Below, one piece after another: positions 63,722-64,000 of a stretch of 64,000 nt of DNA. Under the pieces are notes generated by a model. The model had not been told where the DNA came from and searched no databases. It saw nothing but the letters and a program-made list of their open reading frames with translations. Location: the IMG/VR virus record IMGVR_UViG_3300036793_000172, positions 26,808-90,807 of that record. One strand, given 5' to 3'. The position numbers were made by a program, and so were the translations under genes. Source of the stretch: a virus (taxonomy: Duplodnaviria; Caudoviricetes). The first letter of the stretch is position 1; each line of letters opens with the position of its first letter.

Positions 63722-63805
63722 TTACTCAGCGGGTGGTGGCGGAGGTGGGGGTGGCGGAGGCCATTTTCTCGGTCCAGTGGGCCACGTAGGGTTGGGCATG
63801 GGCAT
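63722..63805 (-). CDS. 27-aa poly-proline peptide
   Basis: GAAGGAGG SD; MPMPNPTWPTGPRKW-P10-AE. Confidence 0.6.
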   Translation of the reverse strand: MPMPNPTWPTGPRKWPPPPPPPPPPAE

Positions 63806-63825
63806 TCCTCCTTCGGTTGAAACAG

Positions 63826-63900
63826 CTCTCCGGGCAGGACTCGAACCTGCGACATCTCGATTAACAGTCGAGCGTTCTTGCCGAACTGAACTACCGGAGA
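63826..63900 (-). tRNA. tRNA-Asn(GTT)
   Basis: Acceptor TCTCCGG/CCGGAGA; anticodon arm CTCGA-CTGTTAA-TCGAG; T-loop TTCGAGT; no CCA. Confidence 0.95.
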
Positions 63901-64000
63901 TTAAGGCGGGAAGCATGCGTGCCAAGGAGCCTCCCCACAAGGGAATCTCCCCGGTCCTCTAGTTCTAGTGCGCACCAGCGAGAGGCATACCCTCAATGGT

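Noticed and set aside
63905-64000. Possible third Y-like RNA (GGTGCGCA motif near 63968-63975)
   Set aside because: Lacks the TACTTC element and a clear partner stem; context truncated by the window end
1-64000. CRISPR array, DGR, integrase, IS element, intein
   Set aside because: No spaced repeat array, reverse transcriptase, recombinase, transposase or intein splice motifs were recognised by eye

Overview
Internal 64 kb segment of a large, high-GC actinobacterial myovirus. The gene order resembles the Bxz1/cluster C-type phages; this is recalled family knowledge, not a database hit. Almost all real genes lie on the minus strand. The long plus-strand ORFs are GC-driven shadows, except an HNH endonuclease (26214-26738) and an Ig-like protein gene (14862-15446). 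In transcription order (right to left): (i) a tRNA / Y-RNA / Ro60 (TROVE) cluster at 61.5-63.9 kb with tRNA-Asn, two tRNA-Gln, a 27-aa poly-proline ORF and two tandem Y-RNA-like elements directly upstream of rsr; (ii) about 25 kb of small accessory genes in short operons driven by CCTTGACA-N17-(C/G)ANNNT promoters, including four tandem paralogues, a secreted SGNH hydrolase and a lipoprotein; (iii) the head module with portal, protease, scaffold, decoration and major capsid genes, interleaved with large multidomain proteins carrying ParB-like, GNAT, SWIM, NUDIX, zincin-like and HhH-glycosylase-like domains joined by recurrent [KR]-x-A linkers; (iv) fibre/neck genes, tail sheath and tail tube. 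All assignments come from motif reading by eye; no searches or folding were run.
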